From Octopus vulgaris (taxonomy: Eukaryota): 64,000 nt of DNA. Position numbers and translations under genes: made by a program. Positions 1-13,458 of this stretch are shown piece after piece; within the stretch, counting starts at the first letter, position 1; each line of letters begins with the position of its first letter. The notes beneath the pieces were generated by a model that was not told the DNA's origin, made no database searches, and saw only the letters and a program-made list of their open reading frames with translations. The stretch is taken from NCBI GenBank assembly GCA_951406725.2, contig OX597817.1, forward strand, positions 174,840,001 to 174,904,000, given 5' to 3'.

Positions 1-355
1 CAAAGGTTTTTTAGGACGAAAATAAGATCTAAAGTTATCTCTAAGTAGCAGAAAGATCGCCCAAAAGTGTATATAGATATATAAATGTATTTATATATTC
101 ATCTATGCACACATGTATGTATAACGTGTGTGTATATATTTCCATAGAGGTAACCATTCACTCCATACAAAGTTTTTTAGGACGAAAATAAGATCTAAAG
201 TTATCTCTAAGAAACAGAAAGATCGCCCAAAAGTGTATATAGATATTTAAATGTATTTATATATTCATCTATACACACATGTATGTATAATGTGCGTGTA
301 TATATTTCCATAGAGGTAACCATTCAATCCATACAAAGTTTTTTTTGGACGAAAA
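1..355. repeat. ~166-bp tandem repeat (2 full units + start of a third), cut at the window edge and interrupted by a Helitron
   Basis: AGGACGAAAATAAGATCTAAAG at 13 and 179 (period 166); third unit ends at GGACGAAAA 347-355. Confidence 0.9.
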
Positions 356-1205
356 TCTTTATATATATAAAAGAAAGGTTGTGTGATTGTCTACTCCGAT
401 TTAGATTCCTAACTACTCCCACATTTTGCGATGCAGTTTAACCAAAACCGGGTATCTTATAGTCGTGATTCATATCGAGCCCTTCTGAGTATTAGCGCGT
501 GTCTACGATGAGTCTACGATTTTACAAATAATTTACCATAATTTTTTTCCATTTTAATGCATATTTTTTTTAAATAAAGGGAAGTAACTCTCAAACTTCA
601 CACCAATATGCGTGCTCATATGCGACGTAATATCACATCAGCAGCATTTCCTCACACCCTCCTTGCACTTGGCGAAGGCAAAATACCAGGGGATGAAAAT
701 GGTAATATTGCCATCGATTCCATTTGTACCATTGTTAAGACGCCTTCTGATCTCAGAGATGCAGTGTTCCCAGATCTACAAGCTAATTATCAGAATATGG
801 ATTGGATTGGCAAAAAGGCTATACTGGCCCCGACGAATAAAACTGTTCACCATATTAATGATGAAATGCTAAAACTCATTCTTGGGGAAGTCTATGTATA
901 TCAGTCTATCGATACAACTCCTGACCCAGAGGACGTCATCAACTATCCAATAGAGGTACTCAATTCCTTTGAGCACCCCGGACTACCACCACACATTCTC
1001 AAACTTAAAGTTGGTGCCCCTATAATGCTCATCAGAAATTTGGTTCCCCCAAAACAATGCAATGGCACACGTTTGATTGTTAAGTCCTTATCTCCCACAG
1101 TAAACTTATATCAATATTTGCCTGAATAATCATCATAATTCAGTGCAATCATTAACAGTACTTTCAAGCAATTCAGCCCCGAGCAACGCCGGGAAATTCT
1201 GCTAG
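356..1205 (+). mobile_element. Non-autonomous Helitron (850 bp) with both termini
   Basis: 5' TC(TTTATATATATAAAAG) after host A355; 3' hairpin CCCGAGCAACGCCGGG (1178-1193), then CTAG (1202-1205), then host T; A|T insertion, no TSD; internal helicase fragment. Confidence 0.9.
608..1129 (+). pseudogene. Pif1-family (Helitron RepHel) helicase fragment
   Basis: Motifs LLALGEG, KAILAPTN, YPIEVLNS, GLPPHILKLKVGAPIMLIRNL, CNGTRLIV match Helitron helicases; the N- and C-terminal parts are missing. Confidence 0.9.
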
Positions 1206-1479
1206 TAGAAAAATAAAAGAATGTCTAACTTCACTTCTAGTTGCTGGGTATAGTTCCTTGCCCCTTATTTGCCTCAAATCTCTCCAAGTTTCTATCTTGT
1301 CTTTTATGACTCCATCAATCATACCAGTCAACTACCATGCTACCTTCCATCTTACTGGAACTTTCTCCATTCACAGTCATTTCACATCTGAGAAGGCTCT
1401 CTCTCTCTCCATCTTCTCAGCATAAACATCGCCAAATACTTCTTTTAAATCTGTGTTTAACCAAAGAATCTTTCAGGTT

Positions 1480-1632
1480 CCATCATCATTATCATCATCG
1501 TTCTTCTCATCGTTGTCTTCATCATCATCATCATCATCGTCATCGTCATCGCTGTCATTGTTGTCATCATTGTCATCGTCGTCGTCGTCGTTGTTATCGT
1601 CATCATTGTCGTCATCATCATCATCATTATTG
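1480..1632. repeat. (TCA/TCG)n microsatellite
   Basis: Direct reading. Confidence 0.9.
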
Positions 1633-1772
1633 TCACCACAATGTGGCAGATTTTCAACACTTGGTTGCCCATAGTGTTGCTAACATTCACTTGTTTCCAA
1701 GCACAGTAATATTTCTCCATAGTTAGACATGTTTTTGTGGAAGATTGGAAATGAAGACTTGTATGAAAGTGA

Positions 1773-1805
1773 TACACACACACGCACACACACACATACA
1801 CACAC

Positions 1806-1836
<31 letters not shown>

Positions 1837-1867
1837 TACATACATACACACACACACATACATACAT

Positions 1868-1898
<31 letters not shown>

Positions 1899-2216
1899 TA
1901 CATACATACATACATACATACATACATACATACATACACACATACATACATACATACATACATACATACATACATACATACATACACACACATACATACA
2001 TACACACACACACACATACATACATACATACATACACATACATACATACATACATACATACATACATACATACATACATACATACATACATACATACATA
2101 CATACATACATACATACATGCATACATGCATACATACATACATACATACATACATGCATACATGCATACATGCATACATACATACATACATACATACATG
2201 CATACACACATACATA
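1773..2216. repeat. (CA)n/(CATA)n compound microsatellite
   Basis: Direct reading; source of the MYVC/HTYI pseudo-ORFs. Confidence 0.95.
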
Positions 2217-2590
2217 TTGTGGACTCCCCTCTCATCCATTACAGATGAAGTGTTCCACCATTTCTTGCTGGATAAACATCCTGCAAGAATGATTTGTATA
2301 TAGAGATCAAATGTTTGTGCTGTGCATTAATAACCAGCACAAATGATTTGTTAAAGTGATCAAATGTCTATGTTGCACACTCCCTCCTCCAAATCGATAT
2401 TGCCTGTTCAGATTTATGGTGTGCCACTTGTCAGATGTTAGAAGTGATTATAGGGCAATTTCAAATGAAGTGCTTTGCTTGAAAACACAATGTACCATGC
2501 ATTCTGAATATTGAAACCTCAATCTTGCTATCAGGAATGCAACACCCTGACCACTTGGCTGTGTATATAAATACATATAAACTTATATAT

Positions 2591-2996
2591 ACTCTTTTAC
2601 TCTTTTATTTGTTTCAGTCATTTGACTGTGGCCATGCTGGAGCACTGCCTTTCGTCGAGCAAATCGACCCCAGGACTTATTCTTCGGAAGCCTAGTACTT
2701 ATTCTATCGGTCACTTTTGCAGAACTGCTAAGTTACAGGGACATAAACACACCACCATCGGTTGTCAAACGATGTTGGGGGACAAACACAGACACACAAG
2801 CATATACACACACATACACATATACATATATACAATGGGCTTCTTTCAGTTTCTGTCTACCAAATCCACTCACAAGGCTTTGGTCAGCCCGAAGCTATAG
2901 TAGAAGATACTTGCCCAAGGTGCCACACAGTGGGACTGAACCCAGTACCATGTGGTTCGTAAGCAAGCTACTTACCACACAGCCACTCCTACACCT
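2591..2996 (-). mobile_element. tRNA-derived SINE family A (CORE-SINE-like), full copy
   Basis: Pol III A-box-like TGGCTGTGTGG, B-box-like GGGTTCAGTCCC, CORE-like CCTTGGGCAAGT, internal TA/TG microsatellite, (GTAAAAGA)n tail; about 20 full or partial copies in the window. Confidence 0.85.
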
Positions 2997-3014
2997 ACAT
3001 ATATTTTTTCTTTT

Positions 3015-3445
3015 TTTTTTTTACTTGTTTCAGTCAATTGACTGTGGCCATGCTGGTGCACCACCTTGAAGGGTTTTAGTCGAACAAATCAAACCCAGGT
3101 GTTATTATTTGTTAAGCCTAGTATTTATTCTATTGGTCTCTTTTGCTGAAGCACTAAGTTACAGGGATGTAAACATACTAACACCAGTTGTCAAGTGGTG
3201 ATGCGGGAGACAAACACAGACACAAAGACACACACACATATATACATATACACACACACACACATACACAAACACACATATATGTGATGAGCTTCTTTCA
3301 GTTTCTGTCTACCAAATCAACTCACAAGTTTTTTTAGTTGGCCCATGGCTACAGTAGAAGACACTTACCCATGCAGTGGGACTGAACATGGAACCATGCA
3401 GTTGGGAAGCCAGCTCCTTACCGCACACCCATGCCTGCACCTATA
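3015..3445 (-). mobile_element. SINE family A, diverged copy
   Basis: Colinear with 2591-2996. Confidence 0.8.
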
Positions 3446-4832
3446 TGTATAAACATATGCACACACAGACTGTCATTTGTATAGTAAAGATATTGATTTT
3501 ATCCTTTACTCTATTAACAAAAGCATTATTAAAGTTTGTGAAAGAAAAAGACACTCATATGCATATTGGTTTCAAATTTTAACATAGGGCCAGCAATTCT
3601 GAAGAGGGGCTAAGTCGATTACATTGACCCCAGTGTCCAACTGGTACTTATTTTATTGACATGGAAAGGCTGAAAGAGGCAAAGTTGACTACGGCGGAAT
3701 TTGAACACAGAACATAAAGACAGCCTGCTTGCCCATTAAGACATACTGATGTACATATGCATATGTGTGCGCATATGTGTATGTGAGAGTATTTGTGTGT
3801 GTGTGTGTTTGTGTATGTGCATGTGTATGTTTATGTGTGTGTGTGTGTCTGTGTGTGTGTGTTTGTGTATTTGTGTGTGTGTGTGTGATTCTGTGTGTGT
3901 GTGTGTTTATGTATATGTGTCTGTGTGTGTGTATGTGTGTGTGCATGTGTATGTGTGTAGCATAAAAATCTGCACAGTTACCATTACCAAATTTCACTCA
4001 CAAATCATTGGTTGACGTAAGGGTACAGCATGAAACATTTGCCCCTCAGTACTGCACAGCAGTATTGAAACCCTAATTTTTTTTAACCCTAACCATAACA
4101 TGTCTGTATATGTATATCATGCATTACAAAACAAAACAAAAATATCCAAACATTAAAAAAAAAGTTCTGTTTTTCATAGGAGATCAAATATCAAAATTAA
4201 TTATTATAGAACATAGTAAGTACAAGAAACCTTTGAGGAAAAAAACTGAAGCTTGCAATATGAGTGGGGAAGCTACAGTGGTGGCATAGAAGTTAGGGAG
4301 TACAAAAAGAAACACGGGATATATGAGCTGAGCAGTTTCTAATAACAATCTCACGAGGGGGCCTTATCTCCTGGGTAGAGAACAGAGAACTTTTGCATCA
4401 TAATATATAGTTGATGACCTGCTTGTCTAAGATGTGATAGTAAGAGGTGTGTATTTTGTGTTTGTATAGGTGGATGGATGGATGGATGTTTCATATCTAT
4501 TTGTTTTGCGTGCATGTGTATTTTTGATAACATGTGTATATGTAACTGTGTCTATATGCATATGTTTATACCGTATGATTATCTATCTATCTATCTATCT
4601 ATATGTATGTATGTATTTATATATGTGTGTGTGCACATGTGTGTGTGCACATGTGTGTGTACATTTGTACATACATACACAATTGCACACACATTTACGT
4701 GGGTGGCTGTGGGTTCACATAAGTGCATGTATGAGAGGCAGACATCATGCCTGCATACATGCAGTTATATATATATAAACACACACACATATACATATAC
4801 ATACACACACATACATTTATGCATACATTTGT

Positions 4833-5330
4833 ATCATCATCAACATCGTTTAACGTCTGTTTTCCATGCTAGCATGGGTTAGACAGTTTGACTGGCGTCT
4901 GGGAAGCCAGAAGGCTGCACCTGGCCCCAATCTGATCTGGCAGTGTTTCTACAGTTGGATGCCCTTCCTAACGCCAATCACTCCATGAGTGTAGTGGGTG
5001 CTTTTTACATGCCACTGGCACAGGGGCCAGAAGAGCTGGCATTGACCATGATCGGATGGTGCTTTTTTACGTGTCACTGGCACAGAAGCCAGTCAAGGCA
5101 GCACTGGCATTGACCACATTCAGATGGTGCTTTTTACATGCTACCAGCATGGGGCTTGCAACTATAATTTCCATTTGATATTGCTGTTGATGTTGATGTA
5201 CTTGACTCAATAAATCTCCTCAAGCACAGTATGTCACCCTACGATCCAAGGTACTTTTGAGTGGGCTGGTTATGCAACACTGGTGTAGGTTACAGCTGTG
5301 GACTCACTTTATTTTCCGGCTGTTCTCAGT
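4833..5330 (-). mobile_element. Retroposon family D ((GAT)n-tailed; GGAAGGGCATCCAGCTGTAGAAA motif)
   Basis: Related blocks at ~10705-10955, 35575-35905, 43065-43204 and 59600-59870. Confidence 0.7.
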
Positions 5331-5337
5331 CACATAT

Positions 5338-5417
<80 letters not shown>

Positions 5418-5849
5418 ATGTATGTATGTATATATATGTGTGTGTTTATGTGTGTGTGTTTATATAAACACTGACATGCTTCTCTTCTTCCCTCTTTCTC
5501 TGTGTGTATGTGTGTGTATACACTTATGTATGTGAGTACATACACTCATGCATATATCTGTGATCTGTCTGCATGTAAATGTATTTTCATGAGATCGTGT
5601 ATGCAAACATATTTGTTTTGATATAAACATATGGGTATAATAGCTGGAGGTTTAGCTGTGTGGTTAAGAACATCTCTTTGAAATACACATGGTTCTGTGC
5701 TCAGTCTGTGCCCAGAACAAAACCTTATGTAAATTTATTCTTCTGTAGCTTCCATTTAATATATTGTGAGTGAAATTCGATGTTCCGTGGAAGCCTGTCA
5801 CATCCTCCTCCTCCTCCTCCTCCTCCTCATCATCATCATCATCATCATC

Positions 5850-6478
5850 TCAGCTGGTGGTGAACTGTCTGCACATATAGGTCTGTGGTGACTCCCTATG
5901 GTCTGCCTAGCAGATTCTGTTCCCCTCTGCAATCAGTCCTGCAAGTACTGTTGGTGCAGGTGGCAATCTTGATGTGCCATTGTAACCCTTGGTCGGTCAC
6001 TGCATGGGCGATCATCTGTGCTGTTTATGGCACCGTTTTGTTCCCTCTGCTGCTCAATTGTCTGAGTACTGCAGTCCAAGTCATTAGCAATGACCCATGG
6101 GTGTCGACCAGCATGGAGACTTCCAATGGCTTGCGCCCTCTGATTTCATGTCCGTGTTAGCATGCTTGCTGTGTCCTGGAAATGAATGACAGGCTGGTAA
6201 ATTTGGATGCCTATTATACCCAATGAGTTAACATTTTGACCCTGCATCATGCTTTTCATAAAGATGAGTTCATAAGCATCACCATGTTCATGAAAAGTGA
6301 GTGAGTTCAAACACTTCATGTAATCCTTGTGCTTTCAAAAGAGGATGGTGTTATGGGTCAGTGATATCTTCCTGATGGCAAACTACCTAGAAATGTGATA
6401 AAATCCATATATTCTCAATATCGTGTGTGAAACAAATAATCTTTTAGAGTGCAACAACGTTTCTTTTGTGTTTCAGTC
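5850..6478 (-). mobile_element. Tc1-like DNA transposon, 5' half (TIR + decayed N-terminal transposase)
   Basis: Minus strand from ATG at 6163: NQRAQAIGSLHAGRHPWVIANDLDCSTQTIEQ...DDRPCSDRPRVTMAHQD (paired-like HTH and GRPR-like motif, with in-frame stops); terminus CTGAAACACAAAAGAAACG abuts (TA)n. Confidence 0.75.
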
Positions 6479-7332
6479 TATATATATATAACAGGCTTCT
6501 TCTAGTTTCCATCAACCAAATCCACTCGCAAGACTTTGGTTGACCTGAGACCATAGTAAAAGACACTTGCCCAAGGTGCCATGCAGTGGGACTGAACCAG
6601 GAACCATGTGGTTGAGAAGCAAGCTCCTTACCACACAGTCATGCCTGTGCCTCTCTCTCTCTCTCTGTATATATACATATATGCACACACAGATATATTC
6701 ATTTATATTTGTACACTCAGTTACTCATTTATACATATATGTATACACACACACACACACACAGAGATACAGATATAAACATATGTAAAAATATAGCAAT
6801 ATAAATATAAAGAATATAAATATAATATAAATATTTACATAAAGAAATTAGATAAATAAGTGCATCAAAATATTAGCAATGAAGGACTACAGAGATAGAG
6901 AGTTCACGCATTAGACGATCAAATATTTCACTAATGGTTAGAACATAAAAGTTGCAAAACATTACATTAAGAATACATAACTAAGGATAATAAACAATAT
7001 AATGTTATGTGTTAATTGATGGACAGAGAGAAAGAAACGTAGCAGAAGTGGGTAACTTCACAACAAGTAGGCAGAGATATCTAAGGTGATGTGAAAGCAT
7101 AAATTACTGCTTGCATTAAATAATATTCAAATGAAACAATTTCACATAACTAAATTACAAATGATAGATTAAAATAAATGCTTAGAGGTAAGAGATTAAG
7201 TAGTAAATATTCAAAGCATTTTTAGTTAATGGGTTTAAAAAGTGTTTCTAATGTATAAAAACGTGTTTCTAATATAGTGTAAGCATTTTGCCCTAAGTTC
7301 ACTAAGATACTTTGAATATTTATTATTTTATA

Positions 7333-7560
7333 AGGTGGTGAGCTGGCAGAAATGTTAGCCCACTGGCTGAAGTGAAATGTTTAGCGGTATTTTGTCTGTC
7401 TTTATGTTCTGAGTTCAAATTCCGCCAAGGTTGACTTTACCTTTTATCCTTTCGGGATCGATAAATTAAGTATCAGTTGCATACTGGGGTGGATCTAATT
7501 GACTGGCCTCTCACCCCGACCATCTAAAATTTCAGGCCTTGTGCCTAGAGTAGAAAAGAA
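7333..7560 (+). mobile_element. SINE family B (GAGCTGGCAGAA...GAGTTCAAATTCC...CTTTCATCCTTTCGGGGTCGATAAA)
   Basis: B-box-like GAGTTCAAATTCC; further copies at ~3568, 9823, 17739, 18785, 20690, 30455, 34417, 39207, 41180, 48350, 54570 and 55137. Confidence 0.8.
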
Positions 7561-7734
7561 TCATTATCATCATCGTTTAAATGCTAGCATGGGTTGGACG
7601 ATTTGACTGAGGTCTGGCAAACTAGATGGCTGCACTGTGTGGTATCTTGGGCAAGTGTCTCCTACTATAGCCTTGGGTCAACCAAAGCCATGTGAATGTA
7701 TTTGGTAGACAGAAACTGAAAGAAGCCTGTTTTG

Positions 7735-7765
<31 letters not shown>

Positions 7766-7766
7766 G

Positions 7767-8070
7767 TGGAGGTGCAATAGCCCCGTGCTTAGGCAGCGGA
7801 CTCGCGTTTGTAGGATCGCGGGTTTCGATTCCCAGACCTGGCGATGTGAGTGTTTATTGAGCAAAAACACCTAACAGCTCCACAAGGCTCCAGCAAGGGG
7901 TGGTGATCCCTGCTGTACTCTTTCACCACTCTTTCTCTCACTCTTTCTTCTGTTGGCTTGCTCGCTTAGCCAGTGGGGTGGCATCATTTGAAAGCTAAAA
8001 CAATGCGAATGCATTGTGACCAGTGATGTGCAGCAACATCTGATAGTCTGGTCGGTCACGTGATCGCGTG
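7767..8070 (+). mobile_element. tRNA-headed SINE family C
   Basis: GGAGGTGCAATAGCCCCGTGCTTAGG...GGTTTCGATTCCC head; related copies at 51627, 54801 and 60146. Confidence 0.75.
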
Positions 8071-8123
<53 letters not shown>

Positions 8124-8419
8124 CATTTGTGTGTGTTTGAGGATGGCTTTGTCCTTCACCACTGCTTGACAACTGTTATTGGTGTGTGTATGTCCCTGTA
8201 ACTTAGCAGTTTGGCGACAGAGATCAATAGAATAAGTACAACACTTAAAAAATATAAGTACTGGAGTCAATTCATTTGATTAAAAACAAACATTTTTTGA
8301 AAGCAATGCCTCAGCATGGCCATAGTCTAATGACTGAAAAAAGTAAAAAGATAAAAAGACAGAAAAAAACATGTGTGTATGTGTGTGCATGTACATGTAA
8401 ATGAATATATTTATATTTG

Positions 8420-8650
8420 CATACATATATATATACACACACACACACATACATACACACACACATACATACACATACACATACATACATGCATACATAC
8501 ATACATACATACATACATACATACACACATACACACATAAATACATACACACACACATACATACATACATGCATGCATACATACAAACATACATACATAC
8601 ATACATACATACATACATACATACATACATACATACATACATACAAACAT
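8420..8650. repeat. (CA)n/(CATA)n microsatellite
   Basis: Direct reading. Confidence 0.9.
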
Positions 8651-8654
8651 ATAA

Positions 8655-9555
8655 AGGCTTATTTGTCCCTAAAAATTAGATCTAGGAAAAATTAGCAAAA
8701 CAATAATCAACAGAAGAATACCTGTACTGAAAATGTGATACACATGATATTAATGGTCAAACACTTTAGAAGTAATTAATTGGTTTAAAGACTTAAATGA
8801 TTAGGATGGCATTAAAATTATGCAAATAGATATTTCTAGTTATTACTCATCCCTTGTCTACTTAAAATAAAGTCTCATGTTTTGTTATGAAGAACTTCTG
8901 TTTATTGAGAAAATATCTAAATAGAACATTAGCAATTAGGAGAATAATTATTGAATCCGAAGGTAAATATTGGACTAAAAAGAACAGGCCTAACAACTTT
9001 GATATAACCATGGGAACAAGTGACTCATTGCAAATTACTCATCTCGTGGGTATTTATATTCTGTGTTGCATTAAAAGGGAGTTCCCTAAAATGGGGCAGG
9101 GCAGTGTATATTAAGATGATGCATTTTTCCCCTTTGGTAAATATAGTAACATAAAGCTTAAGAGGAATAGGAAAAAAATTAACTGCACCAAATTCATAAA
9201 CAATAAAACTGGTATTGAGAGATTATGTAAGAGAGATATTGTATGGTTTAATCTTGTTTCAAAATTAATGTAGCCTTGAATATCCCTGGAATTTTCTTCA
9301 AGGCTTTGGAAAAGTATTCCTCCCACATCAAGTAAAGTCCTTAAAAGTACACTGTAAAGTATGCATATTCTTGCATGCCTAATTTAGCTGATAATATTGC
9401 AAATATCAGCAAAAGGAAATTAAAAATATTTGTAATGGGAGTCTACCTTTAATTTTTCATGTAGTAAGTACAATTCTAAGTACATATAATATATCACTAT
9501 CTGGCATAGCTAATACTTTTACTTTGAGTCCAGCAACAACAACAACAACAGCAAC

Positions 9556-9616
<61 letters not shown>

Positions 9617-10230
9617 GAGCAATATACAATGTTTCACCAGATGATGAATCTGATATGTAACTGTAGGTATCAAAATAAATGCCATTTAAATAACCAATGC
9701 TTTAGAATTAATTTAGGGTATAAATGTTCTGTTAAAACACTTGATAAATTTCAGTATTACATTGGTTCCATGGCATCTAAATTCAAATTTAGATTACATA
9801 ATCATATTTATTCCTTTAATAACCATTTCATATTTTGGTACCAGGTCAGCAAATTTGATGGGTGGAGAAGTTAATCCAGTGCTCAACTAGTACTTATTTT
9901 TCAATCCTGAAAGGATGGAAGGAATAGTTGACCTTGGTCGAATTTGAACTCAGAACATAGAGTTAGATGAAATGTCACTAAGCATTTTGTCTGATGTGCT
10001 AATGATACTGCCAGCTCATCCCCTTATATATTCCTTTAATAATAAAAGGAAAACTTTGAGCACTGCACTTACTAAATATATCTGGGATGTCAATGACAAG
10101 AATAGTGTTTATTCAGTTTCATTATTATATATGCCACACTTCCATAAAAACTGGATGTGGAAACTGTTATTTTTACCTTCTGTGGAAGCAAGTATAGGTC
10201 GGGTCTAATTGATAGGTGTAATGAATTATT
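8655..10230 (+). mobile_element. Decayed Penelope-like retroelement (RT + C-terminal GIY-YIG endonuclease)
   Basis: WSNTLEVINWFKD, MQIDISSYYSS, WTKKNRPNNFDITMGTSDSLQITHLVGIYIL (PLE RT); CNCRYQNKCHLNNQC...GYKC...YYIGSMASKFKFRLHNHIYSF and STALTKYIW (GIY-YIG); many stops and frameshifts. Confidence 0.8.
9823..10028 (-). mobile_element. SINE family B inserted in the PLE endonuclease, 14-bp TSD
   Basis: TATTCCTTTAATAA at 9809-9822 and 10029-10042. Confidence 0.8.
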
Positions 10231-10437
10231 GATTTGTTGTTCCCACAAAGTCATTAAAACTTTCTTGAATATTCTCTCTAAGTATTTCGTTTTGGGATTT
10301 GGTTTGTAAGATTCTTTATATGAGTTCGTGTGTTGAAGCATATTCTGTTGTATCTGGGGAGAGTCATTTTCTTTTTGTGCCTTATATTATAACACACTCA
10401 CCGGTAAAATTTCCACTTATTTCTTATTTTTATTTTC

Positions 10438-10474
10438 CTAAAAGTTTCATTGCATCTTGCAACCTTTTCAATAG
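10438..10474 (-). ncRNA. Minimal type I hammerhead-like motif, U3:A8 core
   Basis: CUA UUGAAAA G GUUGC-AAGAU-GCAAU GAAA CU UU UAG; second copy at 22569. Confidence 0.5.
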
Positions 10475-11819
10475 TCTTGACTCTCTCTAAGTAACTTCCC
10501 TAATTTTAATAGAATAACACTCTTAGTCTTTGTATTGTGCCAGATTTATCACAGATGATTCTATATAAAATGTTCTCAAGATTTTAATATTTCTTGCATA
10601 AATGTTTTTCTATGTAGCCCGTTTTTTATTTTTTAACAAATGATTTTATTAAATTTCAACTCTAATTGATGTAATAGTATTGAACTACAGCCAAGTGAAA
10701 TCGTAGACTTTTCAAGCCAAGTGAAATTGTAGTCGTGGCTGTTGCCATTGTCATGTAAATGGAACCCATGTTGGTGACATGTAAAAAGCACCCAATTCAG
10801 TCTCAGAGTGGTTGGCATTAGGAAGGGCATCCAGCTGTAGAAACTCTGCCAGATCAGACTGGAGTCTGGTGCAGCCACCTGGCTTACCAGTTCCAGTCAA
10901 ACTGTTTCACCCATGCCAGCTTGGAAAACCGACATTAAATGATGATGATGATGATGAATTCCTGTGACATTCTTATAGTTCTATTCTGTAACTTTATTCT
11001 AATTACTTTTCCCCATTCCTTCAAATTTTATCTGTTTCTCAATTTACTCTTTATATTTTTGCCTTCCTCCAATTGTAAATAAGTAAACTGTTCAAGAATA
11101 TACTAGTAAACTGTCACCTGTTTGAACATCTTTGTATATATTAGTCAGTTTATCTCTCCCTGGGTACAAAAGTATACAATAAATCTTTAAATTCTTAAAT
11201 CTGTCAGATGCTCTGAAGACTTACAATAGATCTAACAAATGGACCTCAGAAGACATTGTTTTCATAGTCCATCTACTTTGGTGCTTTTCTGATAGTGAAA
11301 CAATCTACTGTTTAATTTGTTCCCATGATTTTCTAAGCCCCTCCCATTTTCATTATATTTATTTAACTAATTTAGCTAAGTAGATTTGTATTGCATTTGC
11401 ACCAAGTTTTATGAGATGGTTGATGGAAAATTTCTTGTAATATTATATAGTTTTATACACACATTTTTTTATGTGTATAAACTAACATGTTAATTGATGT
11501 AACATTTCCACTAATTATCAAGACGATTGTAACTGATTAATAAATGTAATACTGTAATCTGTATTCCTTTGTTTGCCAATATTTAGACTCTGCATTGGAG
11601 GCAGCGATCTCATAATCAATACGTTTTCCTGAATTTACAGTTCACATGAAATATATTTCTTTGGATTCAATGAATACTAATTCTAATTTTCTTTCCCTTA
11701 TATTCTGTTAGCCTGGTTCTCACATGATTGCAGACTGAAGTACTTGCTTAACTTTCTTAAATTCCTACTTTGTTATAGACATACATACATACATGCATAT
11801 ATATATATAAAGAGAGAGA

Positions 11820-11866
<47 letters not shown>

Positions 11867-11876
11867 AGATATATAG

Positions 11877-11915
<39 letters not shown>

Positions 11916-12365
11916 TGTTTATGAGAAAGAAAATATGTGTGTGAGTATTTATATGTATTCACACACACACACACACATTTATACACATACATACGCATTT
12001 ATATATATGAAAGTGCAAATGTGTATAAGTTATTTGTGTCTGCTTGCTTGTTTGTACATAAATCTTTAGTTAAATATATTCAATGAGAATATTATATACT
12101 GAATATATATTGAGTGCTCTATTGTATTGAAGTATTAATACTATTAAAGTATTTATGTATTTAATATGAGCGATTATATATATTTTATATAATATATTAT
12201 TATTAATATCAGGAAATCAATATCAGAAAATTCTCCAGAAAGATATATACGTGTGTAAAATAATTGTTGTATTAAAAATATAAATATATATGAACATTTG
12301 TAAATATGTATAAGTATAAATATATAATAATGACATTTTAAAAGTTTCGAATTAAGTTTTTAAAG

Positions 12366-12457
12366 CATCTTACGAGCGTTTCACAGAAGTGCTGTCTCTA
12401 TAATGGAATCCTATATTGATAAGCATTTTTAGACAACTCTTTTGCTCTTCAGAGATA
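12366..12457 (-). ncRNA. Type I hammerhead ribozyme motif, canonical core
   Basis: UAUCU CUGAAGA [long helix II GCAAAAGAGUUGUCU / AGACAGCACUUCUGU] GAAA CGCUCG UA AGAUG; GUA triplet. Confidence 0.6.
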
Positions 12458-12642
12458 TAAAATGTGAAATTTGTATAATTGATTGAATGGTAGTATCTTA
12501 AAAATATGAAGTAATATAGGAAAATGGTGTTTGTTTGAAATATGAAATAAAATTTAAAATTACTGCTTTTGATTTTGGTAAGTACACTATAAATAAATGC
12601 ATGTAACAAAAAATAAAAGTACGCATATGCATATGTGTGTAA

Positions 12643-12724
<82 letters not shown>

Positions 12725-13144
12725 ATTGGTGTGTTTGTTTTGCTGTTGTTCTTTAGTCCCATGTTGACACTGATCAGGTGGACCCATGATGAAAGACATT
12801 CAAAATTCCAGTGCAGAACACTCCTGCCTTTTCAGTAATAGTACTGTATCCCTACCAACATATTGTTAGAAGCATATAGGGCATGGTTTGAGGGAGAATT
12901 GGGTGCTAATTCAAGCTAACTGTATGGCCACATGAAGGCTCTGTCATTAGTTAGTGTATATATCTGTTGTTTTTACATGTGGTTACTAACACAATAAAGC
13001 CGTGACTAAAGGTTTCTTTCATATAGTTAGTTTTACCTGAATGACTGCACTCATTAATGGATGAAAGGAACGCATATTGTAATCTATACATCTCTGATTG
13101 ATTTTATTGAGCAATTTTATGTTATGTAGACACACATATATGCA

Positions 13145-13168
13145 TGTGCAAATTTATGTGTGTGTGTG

Positions 13169-13250
<82 letters not shown>

Positions 13251-13307
13251 CACACACACACACACGTATATATATACACCGTATTTATACATATATGCAT
13301 ACATATC

Positions 13308-13380
<73 letters not shown>

Positions 13381-13412
13381 ACGTGCATATGGGTGGGTGT
13401 GTAGGTGTGTAT

Positions 13413-13452
<40 letters not shown>
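13145..13452. repeat. (TA)n/(TG)n microsatellites
   Basis: Direct reading. Confidence 0.9.

Positions 13453-13458
<6 letters not shown>

Noticed and set aside
7767-7845. tRNA gene
   Set aside because: The tRNA-like head continues into a repeated SINE body; no intact cloverleaf or pol III terminator.
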